A stretch of 48,401 nt of DNA, filler included, from Jimgerdemannia flammicorona (Eukaryota): the NCBI GenBank assembly GCA_003990765.1. It is 2 parts of 2 records of this genome, joined end to end, with 100 filler letters (N's around TTAATTAATTAA, not from the genome) between each part and the next. Parts side by side here need not be neighbours in the genome. Positions count along the whole stretch, not along the records: positions 24,254 to 48,401 come from RBNJ01001019.1; 1 more part is not named here. One strand, given 5' to 3'. The stretch's first letter is position 1, and every line of letters begins with the position of its first letter. A program made the position numbers and the translations under genes. This document shows, one piece after another, positions 35,191 through 47,654 of the stretch. The notes below the pieces were generated by a model. It had not been told where the DNA came from. It searched no databases and saw only the letters and a program-made list of their open reading frames with translations.

Positions 35191-36237
35191 AGAGTCAAAT
35201 TATACCTGATTATACACCTAGATTACACCTTTGGAGGGATCTTTGAAAGGATCTTTGAGCGTGTGAAGAGGTTAAAGAAGTTCTTATCGCCATTATCATT
35301 ATTTACAGGAATGCAGATGATGTCATGCAAATTTGCCTGCACGTGACTATAGGATAAGAGATATATATAATATAGAAAATTCACTAAGTTATAAATATAA
35401 AATAATATAGTATTATAATATTAGTTTATCAAAAATCAGTATTTTAATATAAATTTTTATATTGATAATTATAGTATCTAGACTATTTTAACTCTTTGAT
35501 ATTTTATTTCAACTTTAGTTATTTATATTAAGATTAAAATATTAAATTACTAAAGTTTATTAATTTGAATTAATTGAAGATATTATTTTATGAATATCTT
35601 CTTTCTAAAAATCAATATATTATATAATATCCAACTTATTGAGTTTTATAACTTAGTATAATCTAATTCTATTACTATTATTATATAGTAATATACTGTA
35701 ATAAAATCAGATAAAGTAATTTATTATCATTATTTTATTATAGAAATGTTTTTATCTGCAAATCTACAAGTATCACTCATTGTTACGTTTCTGAATATAT
35801 CTTCTATCCAACATCATGAATCTGTATCTTAAAACATAAGGGGTTGAAGTTGTGCAATGCCTTTAGTAATATTATTCTGTAGTACCAAATATGAAGTAAA
35901 CTGTATAGAGCTTTGGCACAAATGTCCATCGCACGCTGATGTCGAGAAAGCGAACTTCTGTACCTCTTGCACAATGGATCTTTATTGGCTTCTAAGTTAG
36001 CAGCGGACCAGAGTACATTACTCCTTCAATGTATTCCAACATTCACATTATACAGCACATTATACGCTCATGAGATGGATGGAAAGTCGGTACTGATCTT
36101 TTGAATCGCATAACAATGCGAAGTTTATGACGCCTAAAAAGGTCAGCACTCCTGATTTTTTTTTTTTTTTTTTTTTGACGGCATTCTCGTAGTATCGCAT
36201 CTTGTACCTTGTCTCTGTAAAATAGAGCGGCAAATAT

Positions 36238-36315
36238 TTTCGTTTCCCGAGCGAGATATATATAGTTTCGTTTCCCGAGCGAGATATATATAGTTCCGTT
36301 TCCCGAGCGAGATAT
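36238..36315. repeat. 28-bp tandem repeat x3 downstream of the NADAR gene
   Basis: Unit tttcgtttcccgagcgagatatatatag. Confidence 0.85.
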
Positions 36316-36435
36316 GGTTAGTTCCTTTGTTGACCAGGGTTTTCATTGAGGCAGAAAGAAGATCACGTTTTATTTCATTTTTCCGTGTCGCCAGATTATA
36401 TGCATACTACATAACGTTCCTCACATAAGTTGGGT

Positions 36436-37237
36436 TTACTTCAAGCTTTCTTTCACCATTACAATATCCCGTATCATCCTTTCCCGCTCCTCCTCAATTT
36501 GCCTCCACAAGTCCTTCATCTTTGCGACATTTACTTCAAACCCAGCCTCCTTTAGCCTGCGCTCTTCGAACTCTCGTATACTACCTCTGATACGCCATAA
36601 CAAATGACCAAGCCTATCCACACCATTCCCTCCATCGCCTCCATCACCCCAATACATGTCGTTTGCCGTGTGCTCGTGCAACTTCGCCGTTCCTGTCGAA
36701 AGCAGCTTGAAATAGAGCGATCGATGTTGGTCTAATTTGAATTTGGCATCAAGCGCCTTCGTCATGAAGCCTTCCTTCTGCTCCTCCCAGTCAATGCGCT
36801 TGAATTGGTCGTATTTGCGTGCAAGATTGAATACATCGCGTGGATAGTGGGCTTGGCGAATGTCGTATTGCAAGGAGTAGTTGCCGGGAAATTTTTGGGC
36901 TTGGACTGAAAAGTGTGGAAGATGCAGAAAGCTCGAGTAAGAGATGGAAAATCTAGATTCCGAATAATCCGAAAATTCACCTGAAACGCGGCGACTGATA
37001 TACCCACAATAGTGCTCTTGTGCACGGCAAACAAAGCATGACATCAAAGCAAAAGGAGCAATGTATGTCAACACGCAATCCACAATGGTGACGAATTGGT
37101 AATGGTATCACACATTCGTTCTCTATACCTGTGGTTTTCCACTTAACGCCTTCGATTTCGACCTCCACTTTTGCAAAATTGGTGAAATCGTAATACTTCT
37201 TCCATTTGTCATAGAACATAATCGTGTCTGTGTGCAT
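36436..37237 (-). CDS. NADAR (YbiA/DUF1768) family protein
   Basis: Exons 37237-37129, 37016-37008 (9 nt) and 36905-36436 splice to IMFY...FTNF...GVKWKTTEHYFQAQKF...W...K..FM..AL.AKF..H..L...LLSTG...L.EHT..D.YWGDGGDG.G..RLG.LL..IR. May be joined to the upstream ORF. Confidence 0.88.
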
Positions 37238-37260
37238 CTTTTGAATGTGATGACGGTGTA

Positions 37261-38106
37261 CTAGGTTGCATGAGCATATTGAACTATCCACTGGCTGGTT
37301 ACTTCATCAGCTGGAAAAGACTTTACCTCCGCCCTGACCCTCGACAATGCCTTGCATAAGTCGTTCCAATCGTTGAGCAGATCTGTCGCTCCCCATTGCT
37401 TGAAGGTGGTTCTCGATGAAGGATGCGGATGGCCGCTCGAAAACACAAATATTTGGAGTGTTTCATCGTCGCAATGGAAACGGAGGTTCTCGAGTGTTAT
37501 GAGCGCTAGTTGCGGGTTTACATGATAATCCAAGATCACCACAACGGGCGTATCGCGCATCCAACAGAAAATCAGCCAACTCATCGTTTCTTTGATAATC
37601 CAATTAATGTCGCTATTTAATGGTGGGTTTAACTCAACGAAGTTATATCCTAGTTCGCTTAGAATCCACTCATACAATTTCCGAGTTTCCAAATTGCGAA
37701 ATGGGATTAGAATGGCGATACCGTGGGGCTGAGGGGGTTGTTGGATGGTCAACATGTGATACGTCTCGCATGGCATGTACTTTGGAAACGCGTAAACAAG
37801 CTCCTCGCTGATTATTTTCACGGGAATTCGACATTCTATCGTCTTGATGAAATCGGCAAATTCCAGCCACAATCGCGCCGGAACAATATACTTCGCATTT
37901 TTGTACTCGCCGTATGTCTGGAGCAATTTTTCGAATTGCTCGAAAGGAATTGCTCGACTCTCACAAGGTGTAGTGCGATCCATATCAATGACGGTGTTGC
38001 TGCCACCTGTGGATTGAGTAACAAGAGGGATCGAGGTACTGGAATAGGTGGACGGTCTTGGATGCGGTTTGTTCCAATTTGGCCAGCAGAAATCGATGAT
38101 TCCCAT
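37261..38106 (-). CDS. Uncharacterised 281-aa ORF immediately upstream of the NADAR exons (separate gene or N-terminal extension)
   Basis: Long open frame in gene-like, CpG-retaining DNA on the same strand, ending 23 nt before the NADAR ATG; no family recognised. Confidence 0.55.
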   Translation of the reverse strand: MGIIDFCWPNWNKPHPRPSTYSSTSIPLVTQSTGGSNTVIDMDRTTPCESRAIPFEQFEKLLQTYGEYKNAKYIVPARLWLEFADFIKTIECRIPVKIISEELVYAFPKYMPCETYHMLTIQQPPQPHGIAILIPFRNLETRKLYEWILSELGYNFVELNPPLNSDINWIIKETMSWLIFCWMRDTPVVVILDYHVNPQLALITLENLRFHCDDETLQIFVFSSGHPHPSSRTTFKQWGATDLLNDWNDLCKALSRVRAEVKSFPADEVTSQWIVQYAHAT

Positions 38107-38596
38107 AATAAGGTTGCTGACAGGAGGGGAGGACGTCGATGTATTTGTTCTAGAAGAGCTGGGTTGCTTGGAACGAAAGGTCTTTGTGGTAAGCTTCGCT
38201 GCTTTGCGATGTGGATGGGGGAAGGGTGTATTCTCTGCGAGCAGCGACAGGGTTCAAATGGCCCAGTCACCATGCGTCATTTGAATCCAGCCTCATACAA
38301 AAGATCAATCACTGAATGCACATTGTCGAAAGCATAAATAATTAAAACGGATAGGTATTGTGGAGACGGGCGACGTGTATTAAGAAGTGGATGCTGTTCC
38401 TTTTTGCCGTTTCTCTGTTTGCTCCATGATATTCAACACATTGAAATATACAATTTTCGAGGTATTCCAAATGTTGACAAACAATGGAGGATCGAATTCG
38501 ACGATTTTCAATCACCGGCGTCGGCTTCAGCGCTTCGCACACACAAAACAGTCATTATCAACTGTTCTTTTATTTCGCATGTTCAATAAACGTGTA

Positions 38597-41227
38597 TCAG
38601 CCATCAATAGATCTCCGCAATGACCGCAACATGGCCTCGCGGAACTCCAGTTCCGAAAACTTGTCGGATGCTGCTGCTCGTGCGTTTTCAGCAATCTCTC
38701 GGTACGCGGCGTCAGGCAGCGATAGGGCCGTATATAGAGCATTCCCGAAGCCCAGGACATCTGAGGCGAGATAGCCTGTCAGAGATAATGAAGGATATGA
38801 GAGAGACGAAACCGATTGGTGACAACAGGAGCCATTGATAGTTCACTATATAACCAAGCGGCCGCGCAATTCATATACCTGTTGGCTTGCCATTATATTC
38901 TACAACTATGTCCATCTGTGGGCCACCTGAGTTGTGCACCACGGGAACTAGACCTGCCGCCTTAATATCAAACGGCGATCGTTATACAGGTATGGCATGA
39001 TAGACTGGAGAAAGAGACAAGATCGATAGACGACGTACGCCAACTTCTTACCATATATTCTACAACGCCGATCCCAAAATGCTCATTCCACATTGTGTGC
39101 AATCCGACCTTTGCTCTACCGAGCCACTCCACCAATTGGGGGAAGGACGCGTTCACCTCAAACCGAACATTGTTCTAGCAAGAGATATATTGCCAATGGG
39201 GGCATAATAAATATTATTAAAGACCTACCCTACCAATTTGTCGAGAATAAAACCAATCATCGAGTAACGAGAGAGAATAAAGAACAATATATTGAAAGCA
39301 AAGTTACATGGATCCCTAAGTGGAGTGCCTCGTCCTTCAGTGCTGTGATGCGATCCTCGTCAGCCTGATTGCGCGAACTGCCAATCAGCACCAGCTCTAC
39401 GCGTTCTGGACCGTCCTGGAACGAAGGGTATGTGTACAGCAGATATCGGAAAGAACGCAGCTGGAGCATATGATCCTTTTCGGGTCTGACGTATCCAAGA
39501 TAATACATCCCAAGTATGTCACAACAGTTGAGGTGTGAGAAGAACTGAAAGGATGATTGGTTTGATACCATGCATACCTCTTCACTTCATCGTAAGATTA
39601 GGAGAGAAAAAAGGGAATGCAATACACGAACTCACCGAAATTGAGACACACTCACCACGAGCCGCTCCCTGCCATACAATGGTAGCGTGTTAAGGTGGTT
39701 TGTATCGCAGGGCGGATATATGATCGTAGCATCTGTTTGCCAAAGCTCGTCGATGTGACCTTTCGTCCAACTGGAATTGACTACGGTGATGTCGGCAAAC
39801 GAGCCACACAAACCGTATACCTTGGCAAACACACGGTAATAACTTTAAATGAGAGGACCAAGGCAAAGATATATAGTGACATCGAGAGAACCTTTTAGGT
39901 ATAGTAGATATGGACTAGTTTAAATGCAACATGATGTGGATCATTACATGAGCTTGCCAAAACTCCAAACCAGGTTCCGGGCTATGGCGGGGTTGTTATT
40001 GTGCTGCGCCGATCGTTCTTGCACTCTTTTCAACATGTCAGAGCTAAGGCATACAATACCGGAATGAAAGAAGCGACAATATTACAAAAAAAAAAAAAAA
40101 AAAGTGGAAAGAGCTACAGGGAACAGGTTCCGAAAGCACAAAGTCGCCTTGATCGAGTTAAATCAAAGATTTACCGGTTTTTGATACGTACCTGATGGTA
40201 GGGTAATGAACATATGCCGCCACTTTAGCGTCAGTGAGTAATTTTACCATCGGATATGTGAAGGCATAGCCCATCGTATCTAGGTAGTATGAAGGCGCCG
40301 CCAAAATGGACGTTGAGAGTCAAGTCATTTAGAAACTCGAAAGGGCGAAAAAGAAACGGCAAAAATTACCAAAGAAAAGATCCGGGATAACCGTATTGAT
40401 TGCTTCCCAGCCGAGAATCAGAGACCCGAGACTCTGCCCAAGAAGTGTGAAACACGGATATCTGCATGACAAACACACGCATTGTCATTGGCGCCATCGA
40501 CGATGTTCAGATTGATGGCAACGCCCAAAATGAAGATAAGATATTCCAAATACCGAGATTCCTCGACCCAACCACGCCGGAAGAGAGATTCAAAACTGAT
40601 TGTTCGAGGGTCTAATTCGATATTGAAACGGGCCTGAGGTGCAGGTTAAGGACACACAAAAGAATTGTAGCCCGATGTAAGGAGAGCCTTGATGAACGTG
40701 ATATCGCGATATCTCAGAGAATCTAATCTCCTCACTGTTGGGGCCAGAAGGAACGCTAGAGTGTAACCTGATCCAGCCTTTACTCTACCTTTACTTTTAG
40801 CAAAATTTCCATCTTGGACACTTCAGTGTCGCCCGTGTAGACGACCGAAACCACATGCGGGTACTGAGCTTGTATGTCTCGGATCGTAGTCCACAGAACT
40901 CGCTCCCCCCCTCCGCCAGCATTGCTGTTAGCACAAGCAAAGAAGGACGGGTCAGGGACAGACGTTGTAAGCCAGTGCGAAGGCCAGGTATAAAATTATT
41001 ACGTGCCAATATGGATGGAAGAAGCCGAGAATGAAGGGCGGTCTATCGTCGACGTCTGGGCTGAGCGGAAGCAAGACGCGTCGCCTGTGAAGGCGGTCGT
41101 TGGAGAGCAGCCTTGCCTTGATGAGGCTTATGAGAGTAAAAGTGGATATGGAGGCGAATCCAATGGCGAAGGATAACAGGAGACAGGCGAGGAAGAATAT
41201 GCTGATGATGTTTTCGATAGGAAGCAT
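38597..41227 (-). CDS. ALG11: GDP-Man:Man3GlcNAc2-PP-Dol alpha-1,2-mannosyltransferase (GT4)
   Basis: Spliced motifs [100 protein letters not shown]-terminal TM; TGA at 38599-38597. Confidence 0.96.
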
Positions 41228-41402
41228 GATTGTAGTCGGGCGAAGTTGGCGGGCTGAGCGGGATATGCGACGAGGTGTGTGGTGACTGGTTTGTTGTAGT
41301 GCGCTTTGCACGTGACACGCGCTCGAACTCAAATTGTCAACCAAGTTGTACAAATTCCTCTCTCTTGTCCAAGCTCCTCTCTCTTGTCACCCACAGCCCC
41401 AC

Positions 41403-42860
41403 ATGTCCGCCACCCTCTACAACCGCAAGAGCCCCGCTGTCAAACGCATCCTTCAAGAAGCTCTTGAGCTTCAGAAGGACCCTTCCATCGAGTACTTTGC
41501 TCGTCCTCTCGAGGTACACATCTTGCTGCGCCATGTTCCCACATTGCCGACAAACCATCTCCACGCCTCCACGCTCACAGCTCACTCCTCTTGTTCAGGA
41601 CAACATATTCGAATGGCACTTCACCGTTCGCGGTCCGTCCGGGACGGAATTTGACGGTGGGAGGTGAGACTTGTAGCGTTGTACCCGCCATTTGCATCTA
41701 TCTGGCTCCACCAACAAACCCACGCTTACTGCGCTACTGATCATCAACGCAATAGGTATCACGGAAGGATCTTGCTTCCCAACGAATACCCTTTTAAGCC
41801 ACCGGAGCTCATGTTTTTGACGGTATGTGGCAAAATGGTCCAAAGTTTTCTGTGCGTCGAATTGTGGAGATCACAAGACGTTTTTGACGGGCTGGGCACG
41901 TTTGACAATGTCACTTCCATCGGTTTCTCCCACTTCATTACTCCAGCCAAACGGTCGGTTTGAGCTGAACAAGAAGATCTGTCTCAGCATTACTGGCTAT
42001 CACCCCGAGTTCTGGCAGCCTGCATGGGGGAGTATGTTTGTTCCCTTTTATTATTATTGCTCTTCGTCAGCAAGAACCTTTCCGATTTTTCTAAACTCAC
42101 GAATTGCTACTTCGACCGCTTTAGTTAGAACCGTCATGGTTGGTATCATGGGCTTTTTCCCAACCAAGGCAAACGGGGCTATTGGTGGCATTGATTACAG
42201 TGAGGAGGAGAGAAAAATTCTTGCCAAACGGTAAGTTCCTTCTCAATCCAGTCAAAAGTGACCTTCCTAATCTCCAATGAGATGTGGACGTATAGACTAT
42301 ACTGTCATGACCCTAATTGAATTTGCTCCACGGATGTACTTAAAACCCTGGTCCTCCCAAGGTCAAGGTCATGGACCTGTCCTACATGTGGCACATCTAA
42401 TATCGAGCATCTATCCGAGGAATCTGAAACAGCATCGACTAGGAAAGCTGCAATTCCAAAGGAACAACAGAAGGATCTGCCACAGTTTTCGTTTGTTTAT
42501 GACGAAGATAAAAAGAAAGCGGCGACTGTAACAGCATCGACAGCGGTGGCCTCATCTTCGATACCGGTATCATCCAAATCTACGGTGGGCATACCAGACC
42601 ACATTACATCGTCCATTCCTACCGGAAGTCGAACACATTCAACATCGCTGGAATCTTCATCCGACGAAACTGGAATAACAGATCCCATGCAAAATTCCTC
42701 CGCACGACAGTTAGCCGGGGAAGATTTGCAACAAGCCCGCATGGCTACCACAGCCGTTGTGCAACCACGACCTCCGCGGTGGCTTGATGGGCTTATTATT
42801 GGGCTTTTCATCTTGATTGCCGGTTTGTTGTTGCGCCGCAGTGATTGGGTGACATTGTGA
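41403..42860 (+). CDS. UBC6: Tail-anchored ER ubiquitin-conjugating enzyme E2 (Ubc6/UBE2J1-type)
   Basis: Spliced YNRKSPAVKRILQE...PLEDNIFEWHFTVRGP...YHGRILLP.EYPFKPP..MFLTPNGRFELNKKICLSITGYHPEFWQPAW; C-terminal TM WLDGLIIGLFILIAGLLLRR. Confidence 0.92.
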
Positions 42861-43200
42861 TACAGCATTCTTTTTACAAATTTTACATTGTGAAGAGTGA
42901 AAACGCACTTAGCAGAAGTTTTTTGACAGCGTATAAAGGATATCTTTTTTTTATTTTTAAGGATATCTGACATTTCATTTTGTATTATTTCTGGCTGATT
43001 TGGCTTAACAATGTGCTACTGGTGTAATAAATTATTTTTATGATAGTAGAGGTAGCTTATTATTAGTTTATTATAATAAAAATTGGAAATATTATTAATA
43101 ATTTAAAATAAATATAATAAAGTTTAACGCCTCACAATATAATATATTATTATATAAATATGTAAATAGAAACCTTAAATAGATAATATTGTTATATATT

Positions 43201-43209
43201 TATTATTAC

Positions 43210-43293
<84 letters not shown>

Positions 43294-43305
43294 CATTATT
43301 ATTAT
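43201..43305. repeat. (ATT)n microsatellite
   Basis: About 35 ATT units in an AT-rich intergenic spacer. Confidence 0.95.
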
Positions 43306-43844
43306 AATTTACTTAATTTATATAAATATATTTTATTTTTAGATATAAAGTAAATATATATTATTAAATAAAAAAAGATAAGTTGCAAATTATAAAAAAA
43401 TAAAGTATTAGTTTTAACATTTAACCAATATTATATATATTTTTTGTTGAACCTGCTTCAAACACGGAGGATTTGAAAATGCAGTAATTGCTTGGACGCC
43501 ACACAACTTTATCCGACAGCCAGGTTGTCGTTGATTGGTTACCCTACGTCAAAAGCTCATGAATAGACAATCACAATAATATCCACTGATATGGTAGATA
43601 ACTAGTGATTGGTGGCGTTGTATGTTGGGCTTCCTGAATTGACCAGATCGGGCAATAACCCTTGTATTTGTTTCTGGTGATAGCGTAGCTGGTTGCCACG
43701 AGCCACGGGCGAAAAGCGGGGATTTATGGAATTCCCGTGATTAGTCCTCCGCTGAACAGTCACTGAAATTGTGTTAACGTCAAATTTGGTTCATTCAAAT
43801 CATCCAGACCCTTCCTTACCTACCCATCTCATCACAACCCCGCC

Positions 43845-46323
43845 ATGGCAGGTTCCCTGTTATTGCCTCCACAGCGGCACTTCTTCAAAGCCGCCATCTT
43901 CGTCGCTTTGATCATCCTGGTGTTCGTCTCTCTTTTCTGGACAGACAACTTCAGCTCCACTGTCGAACCTACAACCACCTCTTCCAACGACGTGACGACC
44001 AAAGCGCCAACCCCCGACAATAGTGTCGTGCATGCCGAAGATCGGAAAGATGTTCGCCAGGCCTATGCTTCGTTCTTGTGCGATCAAGAAATGGTAAGTG
44101 AGCAAGGGTATGTATGTGCGTGCCGATTGCACTCTTCACGGAGTTTATTAATTGTTTTGTCACCAAACAGATAAGCGCTGCCATGGTTTTGGTACACTCA
44201 ATAAAACTGAAAGATACTACACGAGATATTGTGTTGCTCGTTCTTCCGTATGTTTCGGAAGATTCGAGACAGGAACTCATCACACTTGGTGCCAAGATTG
44301 TTGAAATCGAAGAGGTATGCATATATTCTCTGGCGCTCTTGATCGAAAGGGTGTTCGTACTCACACAAACTAACCTTGTTTCTAGGTGCCTTTCCCATTC
44401 AATGCTACACAAGCCAACAAAGGGATCAATAAATCTTGTAGATATTCCAAATTGCACCTCTGGGAATTAACTGACTATGACAAGGTTTGTACATCTCACC
44501 GTGCCACTTCGCGGCCATAGTTATATCTTTCGCCTATTGAAAATCATTAAACTGAACGATGTGCGAAAAACGCAGATCATTTATCTTGACGCCGATACAA
44601 TGGTGGTGGAAAAAATCGACGAACTATTCGACTTTCCAGGTAATTTTTACTTCCGTGCCTGGACCCATTCACTCTCGCCCCCCCCCCCCCCGCTCATATA
44701 ATACCGCTCAATATACAGAGTTCTCCGCTGTGATGGACATGGGCACTACAATGAACACAGGTGTCTTTGTGATGGAACCTTCAAAAGCAACTTTTAATCA
44801 CATGATGTCGGTATATCTTGGAGCCCCTTCGTATAACCACGGTGATCAGGGGTTTCTTAATTGGTACTTCAATTTCACTTCTGGTCGGACCATGTCCGGT
44901 GTGTACAATGTCATGAGCAAATACAAGGTTGGTAGGAACAAATAGTATAAATGCATTGATATTGATTTTATGAAACCAACTAAGTCGATTAACACACTAC
45001 ACTGTACTACAGGATTATGCGTCTGGGAAGGCATTACTCCGCGGCGCGAAGGTGTTGCATTTCACTAGCGAGACCAAACCCTGGTCATTTTACTATTCTC
45101 GACACCGCGACTGGGAGCAGAATTTTGATGCTGGCTTGTTTTACTGGTGGATCAAGACGGAAAGGACGGTGCAACAAATATTGCCAAATGGTAATTGCTT
45201 TTCATAATTGTGAATTTCCTTTTACTAGACGTTACTGGACGAGGGTCTCTTGTGATATGCAATCTAACGTTTTCTCTAAATGGCTCGTCGCGATCACGAA
45301 AATCACGCTCAAAAAGCTCGTCAGACAGAGTTTTCAAATTGGACCAATGTCGGCCGCGTCCCTTATCTCTGCGACAATTACACGCCGAAGTTCGAGGGCC
45401 GCTTTCCGGCAAAGAACCAATTCTCCGTCTTGATCAGCACCTATAACCCAGAACGGATAGTATATTTGGCGAAACTTATACAACACTATGCCGAATCGCC
45501 AAGTGTGCACACCATTTTCATCACTTGGCATAATCCCAATTTGCCAATTAGCCGTCAATTGGCTAATTTAGGGAAAACGCTCCGTGTTCCTCTGAGGTTT
45601 CTACGCCAAAACTACGATTCGTTGAATAATCGATTTAATCCAATTACCAGCTTGCGTACTCCAGCTGTCTTCATCTGCGATGACGATATTCGCGTTCCTA
45701 TCGACGATTTGGAGTTTGCTTTTGAGGTAGGTTCCGATTTACAGCAATTTGCAGTGTCATTAAGAGATTGATGTCGTTATTTTTTGCTAATCGCTACGTC
45801 TTATGATAATGTCTAGGTTTGGAAAACTCGTCAAAACTCCATTGTAGGCCAATTCCCCCGCATGCACAAATACTTTGCCGAAAACCACACCGCGGAGTAC
45901 GTAGTCTCCGGGCCCAGGCACCCCAAGTACAGCATCATTCTTACAAAATCCATGTTCATGAAGGCTGATTTCCTGTTCGCCTACACCTGCCTTCTTCCGC
46001 CGAAAATCCATAAATACGTGGACGATAATCTCAACTGCGAGGACATTGCGATCAATATGATGGCAACTGGAATGACTGGCTCGCTACCGCAGGTGGTGGA
46101 TTCGCACGGACTGCGGGATTTCGGTACGTCGAAGGGGATTAGCACACAGGCTGGACACATGCGTGAACGTTCTAAGTGTATTGCCGATCTGATTGGCATG
46201 TTCAACGGGACGGACCCATTGCTGTACAATATCGATATGTCGATCCGGTTTAACGCGGTACACTTTACGAAGGAAGTGTGGGATGACTGGGATAAGACGC
46301 TGGAAAACAATGATGGGCACTGA
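43845..46323 (+). CDS. Type II membrane glycosyltransferase with fused GT8 (glycogenin/IPUT1-like) and GT64 (EXTL2-like) domains
   Basis: N-terminal TM. GT8 motifs YSKLHLW.LTDYDKIIYLDADT, NTGVFVMEPS, GDQGFLNWYF, HFTSETKPW. GT64 motifs SLNNRF.P, DDDI, YSIILTK..F, NCEDIAIN, RSKC. GT-AG introns. Confidence 0.88.
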
Positions 46324-47114
46324 ACAAGAGCGAAGAATACGGGAAAAATAGGAGGGGGGTTCGGCGTTAAGGACGAGATTCTTGTATACGCCTCTACTGG
46401 ACGTCCCTTGTTTCGGTTCTGGGTTTTGCTTGGGACATCCTTTGTTAGATTTCCAGTCGTTAGATTCCCGGTTCCACTTTCTTTTCTAGCCATTTGATGT
46501 AAACGCATGTACATAATTTATGGAGTGAGAGTATAACTCGACACAAGTAATTCGTTTAGCCGTTCCTAAAACACATTCTCATCATCTTACCACGCTTTCT
46601 CGCTTTCGAAAACAAATAGATATTTACTTTGTGCGTGTGGTATTACAGGATTATGATGTTACCCTTTAGGGATTTCATTGCCAAAAGATATGGTGCTGTA
46701 CGGATGTATGGAAGTGCTGCAGGGAACGAATTCGAGCTCTCAGTTAATACTTTTATGCTGCATTGATAAAGAAAATGATATTAACATAAAATATAATACT
46801 AGTTACAGTAAGATTAATGTAATTGTATATAACTGTCAAAAAGTCTATACTTATAACCAATTAAAGAAATATGTATCTATTTATTAAACAATTAGTTATT
46901 TAAACTAGATAGTTTAAAAATATATAATTAATTTAAGAAAATTACCAGATTTTATAAAAGTTATATTTAGATAAGTTGTTAAATTATATTTTTAAAATAA
47001 ATATATTTATCTCATAATCAATAAAATTTTATTACATCATTAAATACTAAAATATTCTAATGTCTATTTCATTATTTTTATAACAATATACTTTTTTTTA
47101 ATCATAATAACATA

Positions 47115-47565
47115 GGCTCAGGTGGATGGGTCTAAGCGAGCATCACTAACCATAGCTAGTCAACGCTAGTCAGGTATGTGAAATTCACCCTGTACATCAA
47201 GTTTCGCAACTTGGGCAGCTCCATCAAGCAAAGCCTTTATTGAGATCTCCTTCGAGAAACAGAAGTCCTCTCAGAAAGATCTCTCAGGTGTTATTTACAT
47301 CTCTATCTACTATCTATTTACAATCTCAGTACTGAAAGACCTTTTGACTGCCCAACTCCTGATTGATTCACCCACATACACTATATGTCTTTGATGTATA
47401 TATCTCAAAAACAATGACTATCTTCTTTTCTAACTTCTCAGCCTTATTGAGTAATCAATCAAGAAAATGCCCTAATAAAAAATAATTACTGAGTTTATAC
47501 TATAGGTGTTCTATCATTGCAAAGAGTCTCATAAAAGAAAAAGAATAAGAAAATAATAATAAATT

Positions 47566-47650
<85 letters not shown>
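47115..47650 (+). mobile_element. Possible retroposed SINE-like insertion ending in a long poly(A)
   Basis: A higher-GC ~450-bp island in AT-rich DNA with a weakly tRNA-like 5' end, followed by ~84 A (47567-47650). No TSD found. Confidence 0.3.

Positions 47651-47654
<4 letters not shown>

Larger units (their letters stand above)
24481..35360. mobile_element. Putative large (~10.9 kb) composite piggyBac-like DNA transposon with cargo
   Basis: Left end TTAA|CCCTT at 24477-24485. Perfect 16-bp inverted repeat gtgcaggcaaatttgc at 24494-24509 and 35327-35342. Subterminal aggcaaatatgcct repeats; piggyBac transposase inside; AT-rich flanks on both sides. The right TTAA end is not clean. Confidence 0.5.

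Noticed and set aside
37723..38337. 204-aa plus-strand ORF
   Set aside because: Overlaps the longer minus-strand ORF antisense and shows no domain features.
47115..47200. tRNA gene
   Set aside because: Only vague A/B-box similarity and no convincing cloverleaf; kept only as a possible SINE head.
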